This document shows, piece after piece, positions 1-9,016 of a stretch of DNA of 64,000 nucleotides. Source of the stretch: Solirubrobacterales bacterium. GTDB taxonomy: Bacteria > Actinomycetota > Thermoleophilia > Solirubrobacterales > 70-9. The notes beneath the pieces were generated by a model, which saw only the letters and a list, made by a program, of their open reading frames with translations, ran no database searches and was not told the origin of the DNA. Location: positions 23,732 through 87,731 of the forward strand of contig DATBFS010000128.1 of assembly GCA_036558385.1 (NCBI GenBank). The letters are read 5' to 3'. Positions within the stretch are counted from its first letter, which is position 1, and each line of letters opens with the position of its first letter. The position numbers and the translations under genes were made by a program.

Positions 1-165
1 GACGGCGGCCTCCGCGTACTGGCCGAACGTCAGCGGGCTCGTGAGGCGCGCGAGGACCAGGTAGGTCGCGAGGGTGATGACCTGCGTCACCGCGTAACCG
101 GAGCCAGCCAGGCCCACGCCCCGCAGCACGCGAGTCCTGAGGCTCTCGGCGGGCGGCTCAGTCAT
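1..165 (-). CDS. Polysaccharide/oligosaccharide flippase (MOP/Wzx-like), N-terminal fragment; the gene runs off the window start
   Basis: ATG at 165 on the minus strand. The translation MTEPPAESLRTRVLRGVGLAGSGYAVTQVITLATYLVLARLTSPLTFGQY resembles the N-terminus and first TM segment of MOP-family polysaccharide exporters. It is divergent from two glycosyltransferase genes. Only 55 codons are visible. Confidence 0.45.
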   Translation of the reverse strand, partial: MTEPPAESLRTRVLRGVGLAGSGYAVTQVITLATYLVLARLTSPLTFGQYAEAAV

Positions 166-243
166 CCGTCACCAAGGATCAGACGTGATCGGGCCGGGAG
201 CGTCGCGTCTTCATGACCCCCACTTTCGGGAAACTAGAGCCTA

Positions 244-1419
244 ATGGGGGCTCGGCCGGCGAAGGGGCGAAAGCTGCGTGTCGTGACCCTGATCGACCAG
301 CTGGGGATCACCGGAGGCGCGGAGCGGGTCGCGACCGAGGTGGTGACGCGGCTCGACCCCGACCGATTCGAGCGCACGCTCTGCGTCAGCCGGTGGACGC
401 CCCGAGAGGAGGCGGACCCGCTGATCGCGCCGAGGGTGGGGGCCCTGCGCGACTCGGGGGTGCGGATCGTCGGGATCAGGCGGCGGTCCCGGGTGGCGGC
501 CTGGGAGTGGGCTCCGCTGCTCTCCCTGCTGCGAACCGAGCGCATCGACGTCCTGCACAGTCATCAGTTCGGCTCCAACTTCTGGGCATCCATCCTGGGC
601 AGAATGGCCGGTACGCCGGTCGTGATCGCCCACGAGCACAACTGGTCCTTCGAGGGCGAGCAGCTGCGGCGACTCCTCGACCGATACGTCATCGCACCCC
701 GTGCTGACGCGTTCCTGGCCGTCTCGCAGGAGACCCGTCGCGGGATGATCGAGCTCGAGGGGATCGACCCGGAACTGGTCCGCTTCGTGCCCCTTGGGAT
801 CGCGACGCCGGACGGGGCCCCGGGGGCCGACGTCCGGGCCGAGCTGGGCATCCCCGATCACGTGCCGGTGATCGGGACGGCCTGCACGCTGCGGCCCGAG
901 AAGGCGCTCGACGTTCTCGTGCGCGCCGCCGGCATCCTCCTCGAGGACTTTCCGGACCTTCGGCTTCTGATCGCCGGCGAGGGCCCGAGCCGGGGGCAGG
1001 TCGAGGCCCTGATCGACCAGCTCGGCCTGGGCGAGACCGTCACCCTTCTCGGGGGGCGCGGGGACATCCCGGATTTCCTCCAGGCGCTCGACGTCGCGGT
1101 GTGTTCCTCCAACTGGGAGGGAAGCCCGCTGTCCGTCATGGAGTACATGGAGGCCGAGCTGCCGGTGGTCGCGACCCGGGTCGGAGGGATCCCCGACATG
1201 ATCGAGAGCGGGGTGGAGGGGGTGCTGGTTCCGCCTGGCCAGCCGGACGCGATCGCCGCCGCGGTGGCCGAGCTGCTTCGGAGCCCCGACGAGGCCGCCG
1301 CGATGGGCCGGCGCGGGCAACGGCGGCGGCGCGAGGAGTTCGACCTGGACGTCACCGCGCGCCGGATCGGGGACCTCTACGAGGAGCTCTACGCGGTCTC
1401 CCGGAGGCCGAAGCCGTGA
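244..1419 (+). CDS. Glycosyltransferase family 4 (group 1, GT-B fold)
   Basis: 391-aa ORF with high GC3. The N-terminus is GGAERV-type. The C-terminal EGSPLSVMEYMEAELPVVATRVGGIPDMIE contains the E-x7-E signature of retaining GT4 enzymes. Confidence 0.85.
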   Translation: MGARPAKGRKLRVVTLIDQLGITGGAERVATEVVTRLDPDRFERTLCVSRWTPREEADPLIAPRVGALRDSGVRIVGIRRRSRVAAWEWAPLLSLLRTERIDVLHSHQFGSNFWASILGRMAGTPVVIAHEHNWSFEGEQLRRLLDRYVIAPRADAFLAVSQETRRGMIELEGIDPELVRFVPLGIATPDGAPGADVRAELGIPDHVPVIGTACTLRPEKALDVLVRAAGILLEDFPDLRLLIAGEGPSRGQVEALIDQLGLGETVTLLGGRGDIPDFLQALDVAVCSSNWEGSPLSVMEYMEAELPVVATRVGGIPDMIESGVEGVLVPPGQPDAIAAAVAELLRSPDEAAAMGRRGQRRRREEFDLDVTARRIGDLYEELYAVSRRPKP

Positions 1420-2558
1420 GGCTGCTCGTCTACGGCGACTACGTCTACCACCTCGAGGACGGACAGCTGAGCGCCGAGGTGTCCTTCGCTCTGTTCGCCG
1501 CGCGGTTGCGGAACCGATTCGACCGCCTGGTGATGATCGGGCGCGAGAGCCCGTCGGCCGAGCTGACCCCGTATGCGTGCGGCGAGGGCGTCGAGTTCGT
1601 GGCCCTCCCGTACTACGAGAGCCTCGTCAACCCCCTCGCCGTGGCCCGCGCGGCGGGCCGCTCGTTGACCCGATTCTGGCGGACGCTCGCCCGTGTGGAT
1701 GTCGTGTGGCTGCTCGGGCCGCACCCGCTCGCGGTGGTGTTTGCGCTGATCGCCGCGGCGCGCGGAAAGCGGGTGGTTCTCGGCGTCCGCCAGGACCTCC
1801 CCGCCTACGTGCGCAACCGCCGGGCGGGAAGCCAAGCGATGGTCGCGGCGGCGTCCGTGCTCGAGGCGGCGTTCCGCCTCCTGGCCCGCCGCCTCGCCGT
1901 GGTGGTCGTCGGCCCGGAGCTCGCCCGCCGCTACCGCGGGGCGCGGGCCCTGCTCGAGATCACCGTGTCGTTGATCGACACCCAGGACGTCGTCTCAGCC
2001 GAGGCGGCGGCGGCGCGCTCCTACGAGGGCGAGCTGAGGCTGATCTGCGTGGGGCGGCTCGATGCCGAGAAGAACCCGGTGCTGATCGCCGACGTCTTCC
2101 GGCGTCTCGTCGACGGCGGTCGCCCCTGGCGGCTGATCGTGTGCGGCGACGGCGCCCTGCGGACCGAGCTCGAGGACCGGTTGAGGGACCTGGGCGTGGC
2201 CGAGCGTGCCGAGCTCCTCGGCTACGTTCCGTACGGCCCCCGCCTGACGGAGCTCTACCGCTCCAGTCACGCGCTGCTCCATACCTCGTGGACGGAGGGC
2301 CTCCCGCAGGTCCTGGTCGAGGCGTTCGCGGCGGGGGTGCCCGTCGTGGCCACCGACGTGGGCGGGATCAGGGACGCCGTGGGCGAGGCGGCGCTGCTGG
2401 TGCCCCCCGGGGACGCCGAGGCAGCCGCGACCGAGCTTCAGGAGATCGCGGCGGACGAGGGACTCCGGCGACGCCTGATCGAGGCTGGGCACGAGTACGT
2501 ATCCGGCCGGACCGCGGCGGCCGAGATCGACAGATTGGCGAACTTCCTTCGCCGTTGA
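1416..2558 (+). CDS. Glycosyltransferase family 4 (group 1)
   Basis: Same frame as track ORF 1101..2558. The GTG at 1416 overlaps the upstream stop (GTGA), suggesting translational coupling. TSWTEGLPQVLVEAFAAGVPVVATDVGGIRDAV carries E-x7-E. The first ~105 codons of the tracked ORF are treated as non-coding overlap. Confidence 0.8.
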   Translation: MRLLVYGDYVYHLEDGQLSAEVSFALFAARLRNRFDRLVMIGRESPSAELTPYACGEGVEFVALPYYESLVNPLAVARAAGRSLTRFWRTLARVDVVWLLGPHPLAVVFALIAAARGKRVVLGVRQDLPAYVRNRRAGSQAMVAAASVLEAAFRLLARRLAVVVVGPELARRYRGARALLEITVSLIDTQDVVSAEAAAARSYEGELRLICVGRLDAEKNPVLIADVFRRLVDGGRPWRLIVCGDGALRTELEDRLRDLGVAERAELLGYVPYGPRLTELYRSSHALLHTSWTEGLPQVLVEAFAAGVPVVATDVGGIRDAVGEAALLVPPGDAEAAATELQEIAADEGLRRRLIEAGHEYVSGRTAAAEIDRLANFLRR

Positions 2559-2624
2559 CCCGGGTGTCGCACGTCAGTGGCCAAGATGACCACGAAGGTT
2601 CGTCACCCACGGCCACCCAGCCGG

Positions 2625-3992
2625 TCAGTCGGGCGGCTCTGCGCTGTCGGGCGATGCCCTCATCGCGATCGAGAGCATCGCGGGGCAGAGCGCCAACAGC
2701 AGCCAGAGCTGCTTGCTGAACTGGTCGGAGAGGAAGAAGTCCATCGCCAGCAGGGCGACGAGGGCCACGACGATCGCGCGGCTCAGGAGCGCCATCTCCG
2801 CGTCGCCGGAGTCGGCGAACCTGCGGGCGGCCTGGACCCCCGTCCCGATGGCAGCGCCCACCAGTGACAGGAAGAGCGCGAGCCCGATCACGCCGAGCTC
2901 CGCCAGGATCTCCAAATAGACGTTGTGGGCGAAGCGCGGCTGGTCGATGATGAACTCGGTATTCGCGATCGCCCCCGGCTCGCTCAGCACGTAATGGGCC
3001 GAGGAGTCGCGGAAGTTCCCCGCGCCCACGCCCTTGACGAGGTTCCCCTCGGCCATCCTCCAGCCGACCTTCCAGAGGTCGGTTCGCCCGTTCCCCCCGT
3101 CAGCGGTCGAGTAGCGCTGCGCGACGCCGGGATCGAACACGCCGACGTAGATCGCGCCCGTCGCCACCACGGCAAGCGCGCCCCCGATCGCGGCGGCGCG
3201 GCGCCCGCGGGCGAGCACGACGGCGGCCAGGAGCGCCGCCAACAGCCCCAGGGCACCGCCGCGCGAGGCGGTGAGGAAGACGCTCAAGAGCGCCAGTCCG
3301 CCGGCGGCGATGAGGGCGAACCTCAGGGCCGGCGAGCGCGTGGTCGCCGTCAGGGCCACCGCCAGGACGAAGGCGACGACGAGCACCGCGGCGAGCAGGT
3401 TCGGGTCCGCGATCGTCCCCCCGAGCCGATCCAGGTCCGTGGCGGCGGTCGGGCTTCCCGACAGGCTCGAGAGGTTGGGCGCGGCGACGATCCCGTAGCC
3501 GGCCGCCACCGCGCCGCCCGCGACCAGGGCGCCGAGCAGCGCCTTCACCTGTCCCGGGGTCCTGATGGCCTCGAAGACGATCACGAACAGGAGCGCGTCG
3601 AACCCGTACTTCACCAGCACCTCGAGGGTGTCGCCGGCGTTCTCGGCCCACAGCGCGCTCAGCGCGACCCAGGCCAGGAACGCAACCGCCAGCCACGTGA
3701 TCGCGGGATGCCGCGACCAAAAGAAGCGGGTCGGCAGCGCACGCGTGGCCACTCGGGCGAGCCACGACAGCGCCAGGACCAGGCTGGCGGCCTGGGCGCT
3801 GACGAACGAGCCGACGGCTCCGGGGGTGATGGCGAAGAACGCGATCAGCGCGAAGATGACCAGCCCCGCCGTGAGGTCGGCCATCGCGATGCCGAAGAAC
3901 CCGATCGCGAGCGCTCCACCGACCGCCAGGCGTGGATCGAGGCCGGCGAGAACGCCGAACGCCAGGCACACGGCGGCGAAGCCGAGCGCCAT
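2625..3992 (-). CDS. O-antigen ligase / Wzy-type polymerase family membrane protein
   Basis: 455-aa polytopic membrane protein. It has the Wzy_C-like segment LTASRGGALGLL...RTDLWKVGW...GVGAGNF...AHNVYLEILAELGVIG. Confidence 0.8.
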   Translation of the reverse strand: MALGFAAVCLAFGVLAGLDPRLAVGGALAIGFFGIAMADLTAGLVIFALIAFFAITPGAVGSFVSAQAASLVLALSWLARVATRALPTRFFWSRHPAITWLAVAFLAWVALSALWAENAGDTLEVLVKYGFDALLFVIVFEAIRTPGQVKALLGALVAGGAVAAGYGIVAAPNLSSLSGSPTAATDLDRLGGTIADPNLLAAVLVVAFVLAVALTATTRSPALRFALIAAGGLALLSVFLTASRGGALGLLAALLAAVVLARGRRAAAIGGALAVVATGAIYVGVFDPGVAQRYSTADGGNGRTDLWKVGWRMAEGNLVKGVGAGNFRDSSAHYVLSEPGAIANTEFIIDQPRFAHNVYLEILAELGVIGLALFLSLVGAAIGTGVQAARRFADSGDAEMALLSRAIVVALVALLAMDFFLSDQFSKQLWLLLALCPAMLSIAMRASPDSAEPPD

Positions 3993-4048
3993 GAGCGACC
4001 GCTCGATGTCCAGCCGGACGGCGGCCAGGGCCTCTCCTCGGCGAGCCC

Positions 4049-5710
4049 CTACCTCGACGAGCCCGGACGGGCGGCCTCGCGGGCCTTCACCTCAGGCACC
4101 TTCCCGTCCTCGGAGCGAACGACCCTCGGTCGCCCCGCGTACTGGTGGTAGTCGGAGCGCGCGGCCTTCGGCGCGCTGACGACAGCGAAGCCGTCGGGCT
4201 TGATCCCGTTCTCGGCCATCAGCTCGCCCAGCTCCGTCAGCTGTCCCATCCGCGTCCTGCCGAGGCGCACGACGACCAGGACGCTGTCGACGGCGGCCGC
4301 GAGCGGCAGGGCGTCGATCACCTCGCTCAGCGGCGAGGAGTCGATGATCACGAAGTCGGCGCGCGACCTCGCCTCGTCCACGAGCGGCTGCGTGGTCGGC
4401 AGCGAGAAGATCTCCGAGGTCCACGGCGCGGTCTGCTCGGCGAGCAGGAGCTTCAGGTCGTCCCCGAACTCGGGCGAGGACACCAGCGCGTCGTCGAGCG
4501 TTGCCTCGCCCAACAGCACGGCGACCAGGCCCTGCTCGGTGTCGACCCCGAGCGACGGGCCGATCTCGGGCTTGCGCAGGTCGCCGTCGATCAGGATCAC
4601 TTTGCGCCCGGCCAGGGTGAGCGACGCGGCCAGGTTGATCGCCGTGGTCGTCTTGCCCTCGGACGCCGACGGGCTGGTGACGAGGACGGCGCGGGCGCGC
4701 CCGTCGTCCGCGCGCCCCTTGCCGAGCGAAGCCCGGAGCGCCCGGTAGGCCTCCATCGCTCCGGGCGAGAGGCTCTCGGGTGAGATCGGCGCGTCCCGCT
4801 GTGCCCTCGACTCCTTGGGAACGCGAGCGAGGATCGGAAGCCTGAATCGGGCTCGAAGCTGCTCCTCCCGGCTGAGCCGCGGGTCAAGCGCCTGGTAGGC
4901 GAACGCCCCGCCGATCCCGAGGACCAGCCCCACGAGCAGCCCGCCGGCGATGCTCAGCACGGGCTTGGGCGAGGACTGCGAGGTGGGGGGTACCGCCTTG
5001 GTGGCGGCCTGAACGGTGGGGTCGGGGCTGTTTTGAAGCCGCCGCAGCTGCGAGAGCTGGGCCTCGAGGCTCTGGGCGTCCGGCGGGTTCTGCTTCAGCT
5101 CCGCATTGATCCCCTGAGCTGCGGTCGCAACCCGATCGTGGAGCTGCGCCGTTCGGTAGCGAATCGCCGAGCTGACGAACACGTTGGCCATCTCGGCGGC
5201 GTCGTCCGGGTTGGAGGCGCTGGCCGTGACCGCGACGATGTTGCTGTCGGCCACGGGCTCGGCGCTGATGTGGTTGAGGAGGTTCTGAGGATTGCCTCCG
5301 GCCTCGGGGATACCGGCAAGCTGCTTCTGCGCGATGGTCGCGACCTCGTTGGTGTCGATGTAACGCGCGACAGTCTCGATCTCGCGCACGGGGTCGGCGG
5401 ATTGCGAGATCAGCCCGAGGCTCGCCAGGAGGTCGCTCTGGGGCGGCACCGGCGTGACCAGGATGTCGGCCTCGGACTCATAGGTCTTCGACGCCGTGGC
5501 GACGTACAGGACGGCCGCCCCGGTGGTGATCACCACGGCGAGCGCGATCAACCAGGCGCGCTCGCGAAGGGTCCGCACGTAACCGGCGAGCCCTCTCTCC
5601 TGCGTCGGCGGTTGCAGCCAGTCCGCGCCTTGCGCGGACGTGCCTCGCTGTGATTCGCGCTGGGCCAAAACTCCTCGTGCCGGGCGGATTGTGACATTCC
5701 CCGAGGCCAC
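4049..5710 (-). CDS. Polysaccharide co-polymerase / tyrosine autokinase (fused Wzz-like domain plus BY-kinase ATPase)
   Basis: N-terminal TM segment, long periplasmic-type region and a second TM segment. Walker A is SPSASEGKTTTAINLA, Walker A-prime is VILIDGDLRKP and Walker B is DFVIIDSSP. The C-terminal tail has only two Tyr residues (DYHQY). Confidence 0.8.
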   Translation of the reverse strand: MASGNVTIRPARGVLAQRESQRGTSAQGADWLQPPTQERGLAGYVRTLRERAWLIALAVVITTGAAVLYVATASKTYESEADILVTPVPPQSDLLASLGLISQSADPVREIETVARYIDTNEVATIAQKQLAGIPEAGGNPQNLLNHISAEPVADSNIVAVTASASNPDDAAEMANVFVSSAIRYRTAQLHDRVATAAQGINAELKQNPPDAQSLEAQLSQLRRLQNSPDPTVQAATKAVPPTSQSSPKPVLSIAGGLLVGLVLGIGGAFAYQALDPRLSREEQLRARFRLPILARVPKESRAQRDAPISPESLSPGAMEAYRALRASLGKGRADDGRARAVLVTSPSASEGKTTTAINLAASLTLAGRKVILIDGDLRKPEIGPSLGVDTEQGLVAVLLGEATLDDALVSSPEFGDDLKLLLAEQTAPWTSEIFSLPTTQPLVDEARSRADFVIIDSSPLSEVIDALPLAAAVDSVLVVVRLGRTRMGQLTELGELMAENGIKPDGFAVVSAPKAARSDYHQYAGRPRVVRSEDGKVPEVKAREAARPGSSR

Positions 5711-5832
5711 GTGGACCTCGCTTGATTACGGGTGACAAGCGTCCAATCGGTCGCCTGGGACCGGACCTTGAATCTGCAATCGGGCGACAACCCCGCGAGT
5801 AGAATCGCTCGCCACTCGTTGTTCGGGGGAAA

Positions 5833-6543
5833 GTGGCCATCTTCAACCGCTCAGAGCAGACGGCAGCCGGCCCCGCGGGGGAGGAGCCTGCCGGGGAGTC
5901 CCCGGGGCGCCCGCGACGCTCGAGCTCGGGGTCCGAGCTCAAGCGGGTCGTGGACGCGGCGGCCGCGCGCGTGGACGAGATCGTCGACGGGGCGGAGCGG
6001 GTGGCCTCGGAGATCCTCGCCGAGGCCGAGGCCGAGGCCGAGGGCTACATCGAGGGCAGGCGCCACGACGTGGAGCAGGCGATCGATCAGTGGAGCGCGG
6101 ACCTGCGCGGGCTCGCCGAGCTCCTGTCTCGACAGGAGAGTCGGCTCCGGGAGCTGACGGAGGCGATGATCGGCGAGCTCGAGGAGATCGCCGCCGTGCT
6201 GAAGCGGGTCCCGCCGGAGCTCGACCGGCGAAGGGAGCTGTCGCCGGAGGGCCGACCCGCGGTGCCGAAGGCGTCCGAGCCCACGGCGCGCGAACGCGCC
6301 AGGCCGGCCCGTCCCCGCAGGGCTCCGGAGCTCCCGCAGGATCAGGGCGATGCCGTCGAGGAGGCCCGCGCCGATGTACCGGATCGCTCCGCGCCTCAGG
6401 GGCGCGAGGCGGCTCTTTTGCGGGCGGCGCAGATGGCCGTCGGCGGGAGCTCGCGCGACGAGATCGAGCGCGCGCTCGAGGCCGAGCTCGCGATCAGCGA
6501 CCCGGCGCCGATCGTCGACGAGCTGCTGGGACCCCGGCGCTAG
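5833..6543 (+). CDS. Hypothetical acidic/Arg-rich coiled-coil protein
   Basis: 236-aa ORF with a GTG start preceded by GGGGGAAA. It has Ala/Glu/Arg-rich heptad-like stretches (ASEILAEAEAEAEGYIEGRRHDVEQAIDQW). I recognise no family. Confidence 0.5.
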   Translation: MAIFNRSEQTAAGPAGEEPAGESPGRPRRSSSGSELKRVVDAAAARVDEIVDGAERVASEILAEAEAEAEGYIEGRRHDVEQAIDQWSADLRGLAELLSRQESRLRELTEAMIGELEEIAAVLKRVPPELDRRRELSPEGRPAVPKASEPTARERARPARPRRAPELPQDQGDAVEEARADVPDRSAPQGREAALLRAAQMAVGGSSRDEIERALEAELAISDPAPIVDELLGPRR

Positions 6544-6558
6544 CCCCGGCGCGACGGC

Positions 6559-7254
6559 TCACGGGTCGTCCCACCGCTGGGTGCCCGAGGCGAAGAGGCT
6601 GACTCGCTCGAGCCTGGCGAACGCGGCGATCCGCTGCGACGCCGAGTACAGCGGGTGGCAGGCCGTGAGCACCAGGCGGTCGTAGCCCACCGGGCGGATG
6701 ATCCCGAGGTCGGACGGCGAGACCACGCGCGTGCCCTGAACCCGATAGGTGAAGCTCGCGTAGGGCATCTCGACCTCGACCACGTCGCCCCGGTGCAGGG
6801 CGTCCAGGTGGCGGAACGGGGCCAGATACGTGGTTCGATGGCCCGCGAACGCCGTCGTTCCCGGCTGGCCCGGAAACGGCGTCTCCGGGTAGTGGCCGGG
6901 CCCCTTCTCGAGGCTCGCGGTGTCGGTGCCCTCGACCGCGATCACGTTCAGGTCGATGTCCGGGATCACGATGCGGCCGATGGCCTGCCCGTTGTGGACC
7001 TTGCTCGCGAACAGGTCGGCGAGCGCTCCGACCTTCCGATGGGATCCCCTCAGGCTCGCCACCCGCCGCAGGTCGGCGGGGGTCGGGAAGGCCTCCTCGA
7101 GGTCGGCGAGCTCGCCCGCGGCCTTGTGCTGCTGGATCGAGCCGTAGACGCTCGAGACCGGCTCCCGCCAGGCGAGCGTGGCCCCGACGTCGGCGAGGAT
7201 CACCAGCCCCGCGGTGATCAGGGCGATGGAGGCGATGCGGAGCAGCCGGTTCAC
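6559..7254 (-). CDS. Sortase (class E-like transpeptidase)
   Basis: GTG at 7254 gives VNRLLRIASIALITAGLVILADV (N-terminal TM anchor). It has the catalytic-type motifs GHRTTYLAPFRHLD and LVLTACHP (TLxTC) and a downstream Arg. The longer tracked ORF (to 7689) overlaps argG and is rejected. Confidence 0.8.
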   Translation of the reverse strand: MNRLLRIASIALITAGLVILADVGATLAWREPVSSVYGSIQQHKAAGELADLEEAFPTPADLRRVASLRGSHRKVGALADLFASKVHNGQAIGRIVIPDIDLNVIAVEGTDTASLEKGPGHYPETPFPGQPGTTAFAGHRTTYLAPFRHLDALHRGDVVEVEMPYASFTYRVQGTRVVSPSDLGIIRPVGYDRLVLTACHPLYSASQRIAAFARLERVSLFASGTQRWDDP

Positions 7255-7323
7255 CCGCTGGATGATGGCGCACGGCCTCCTCGCACCGTGCGCGTACGCG
7301 CATGCGAGACTTGGCGACCCTCG

Positions 7324-8610
7324 ATGAGCGAGCGGACCACACAGCGGATCGCGTCCTATGAAGCCGACCCCGCGGAGGTCGGCCGTGTCCTGCTGCTCTA
7401 CTCGGGCGGGCTCGACACGTCCGTGATGCTGCGCTGGATCCAGGAGCGCTACGGCGCCGAGGTGGTCACGCTGACGGTCGACCTGGGCCAGCCGGGCGAG
7501 GACTGGGAAGTCGTGCTCGGCAAGGCGCGGGACCTGGGGGTCGTGGACGCGATCCTGGCCGATGCCCGAGAGGAGTTCGCGCGCGACTACCTCTTGCCGG
7601 CGATCAAGGCGAACGCGCTCTACGGCGGGGGCTACCCGCTGTTCACGGCCCTGGGGCGCCCGCTGATCGCCAAGCTCGCCGTCGAGCACGCGCGTGCCTC
7701 AGGCTGTGACACCGTCGCCCACGGGTGCACCGGCAAGGGCAACGACCAGGTGCGGATCGAGGCGACCGTGGCGACGCTTGATCCGGAGCTCAAGGTGATC
7801 GCTCCGGTCCGGGAGTGGCGGATGGGCCGCGAGGAGGAGATCGCCTACGCGCGCGAACACGGCATCCCGGTCAAGGGTGGGACCGAGGCCCCGCCCTACT
7901 CGATCGACGACAACCTCTGGGGGCGCTCCTCGGAGGGTGGCGCGATCGAGGACCTGGGCGCCCCGGCGCCCGACGACGTCTTCCAGCTGGTCACCCGGCC
8001 CACCGAGACGCCGGATGAGCCCGAGCTCGTGCGGGTCGGGTTCGAGCGGGGCTGCCCGGTGGCACTGGACGGGACGCGACTGGTGCTGGTGGAGCTGATC
8101 GAACGGGCCGCGGAGCTCGGCAGGCGGCACGGGGTTGGGATCGTCGACCAGCTCGAGGACCGCGTGGTCGGTCTGAAGATCAGGGACGTCTACGAGGTGC
8201 CGGCGGCCGCGATCATCCTGACGGCCCATCGCGAGCTCGAGCGGCTCGTCTCCACGATCCACCAGAACAACTTCAAGCGCGCGCTCGAGGACAAGTGGGC
8301 GTACCTTTGCTACTCGGGGCTCTGGCACGAGCCGCTTCGTCTCGACCTGGACGCCTACATGGACTCGGCCAACGCTTTCGTCACCGGGGAGATCACGGTT
8401 CGCCTGTACAAGGGCTCCGCGACCCCGGTGTCCCGAAGCTCCCCGTATGCGCTTTATGACCGCTCGCTGACCTCCTTCGGAGAGTCCGGGGGGGAGTTCA
8501 GCCAGGCCGCGAGCCCGGGGTTCATCGAGCTGTTCACGCTTCAGAGCCGGATGGCGCATCGGATTCGCGAGCGCGTCGGCGAGGAGGATCGAAAGGAGGG
8601 CGACTCATGA
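7324..8610 (+). CDS. argG: Argininosuccinate synthase
   Basis: The ATG at 7324 gives MSERTTQRIASYEADPAEVGRVLLLYSGGLDTSVMLRW (the SGGLDTS ATP-binding motif), followed by type-1 ArgG-like sequence throughout. Confidence 0.95.
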   Translation: MSERTTQRIASYEADPAEVGRVLLLYSGGLDTSVMLRWIQERYGAEVVTLTVDLGQPGEDWEVVLGKARDLGVVDAILADAREEFARDYLLPAIKANALYGGGYPLFTALGRPLIAKLAVEHARASGCDTVAHGCTGKGNDQVRIEATVATLDPELKVIAPVREWRMGREEEIAYAREHGIPVKGGTEAPPYSIDDNLWGRSSEGGAIEDLGAPAPDDVFQLVTRPTETPDEPELVRVGFERGCPVALDGTRLVLVELIERAAELGRRHGVGIVDQLEDRVVGLKIRDVYEVPAAAIILTAHRELERLVSTIHQNNFKRALEDKWAYLCYSGLWHEPLRLDLDAYMDSANAFVTGEITVRLYKGSATPVSRSSPYALYDRSLTSFGESGGEFSQAASPGFIELFTLQSRMAHRIRERVGEEDRKEGDS

Positions 8611-8762
8611 CCGCAGGCATCTACGAGCTGATCGGCCGCCTTGTGGTGCGGTTCGTTCGAACGCGTTACCGCAAGCAGCTTCGGATCGCCGTCGCGCTCG
8701 GCATCGGCGCGGCGGCCGTCGCCGGATACGTGGCGATGAGCCGCGAGCCGCCCGAGGGCTGA
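8607..8762 (+). CDS. Small (51 aa) single-pass membrane protein, translationally coupled to argG
   Basis: The ATG overlaps the argG stop (ATGA at 8607-8610). The product is MTAGIYELIGRLVVRFVRTRYRKQLRIAVALGIGAAAVAGYVAMSREPPEG, with high GC3. It is too short for the ORF track. Confidence 0.45.
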   Translation: MTAGIYELIGRLVVRFVRTRYRKQLRIAVALGIGAAAVAGYVAMSREPPEG

Positions 8763-8833
8763 GCGCGGACGCTGCAAGATCTCGTGCAGGCGCCGCGGGC
8801 CGCGGCCACATCGGGGCTTCATAACTTCCTAAC

Positions 8834-9016
8834 GATTCGCTAGGATGCCGCGCGCATGACCGCCGAGTCCCCCGGGTCACACAGCCGGGGGAGCGGGGGA
8901 ACCACTGGGGTCGAGGCGCCGATGGCGCGGAGGCTCCGGGGGCGAGTCGCGGCCACTGCCGCGTAGCGCCAGTCCTTCGGCGCGAGCCCGACAGCTAACC
9001 CCGTAGGCAGCGAAGG
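8834..9016 (+). promoter_or_regulatory. Cyclic-di-AMP riboswitch (ydaO/yuaA class) in the 5' leader of the Rpf-like gene
   Basis: Conserved blocks match the ydaO consensus as I remember it from B. subtilis. These are UUCGCU...GAGCGGGGGAACCA...UGGGGUCGAGGC...CCCGACAGCUAACCCCGUAGGCAGCGAA. The P1 helix pairs TTCGCT (8836-8841) with AGCGAA (9009-9014). The 3' P1 strand runs into the GAAGG Shine-Dalgarno sequence directly before the ATG at 9017. Confidence 0.8.
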
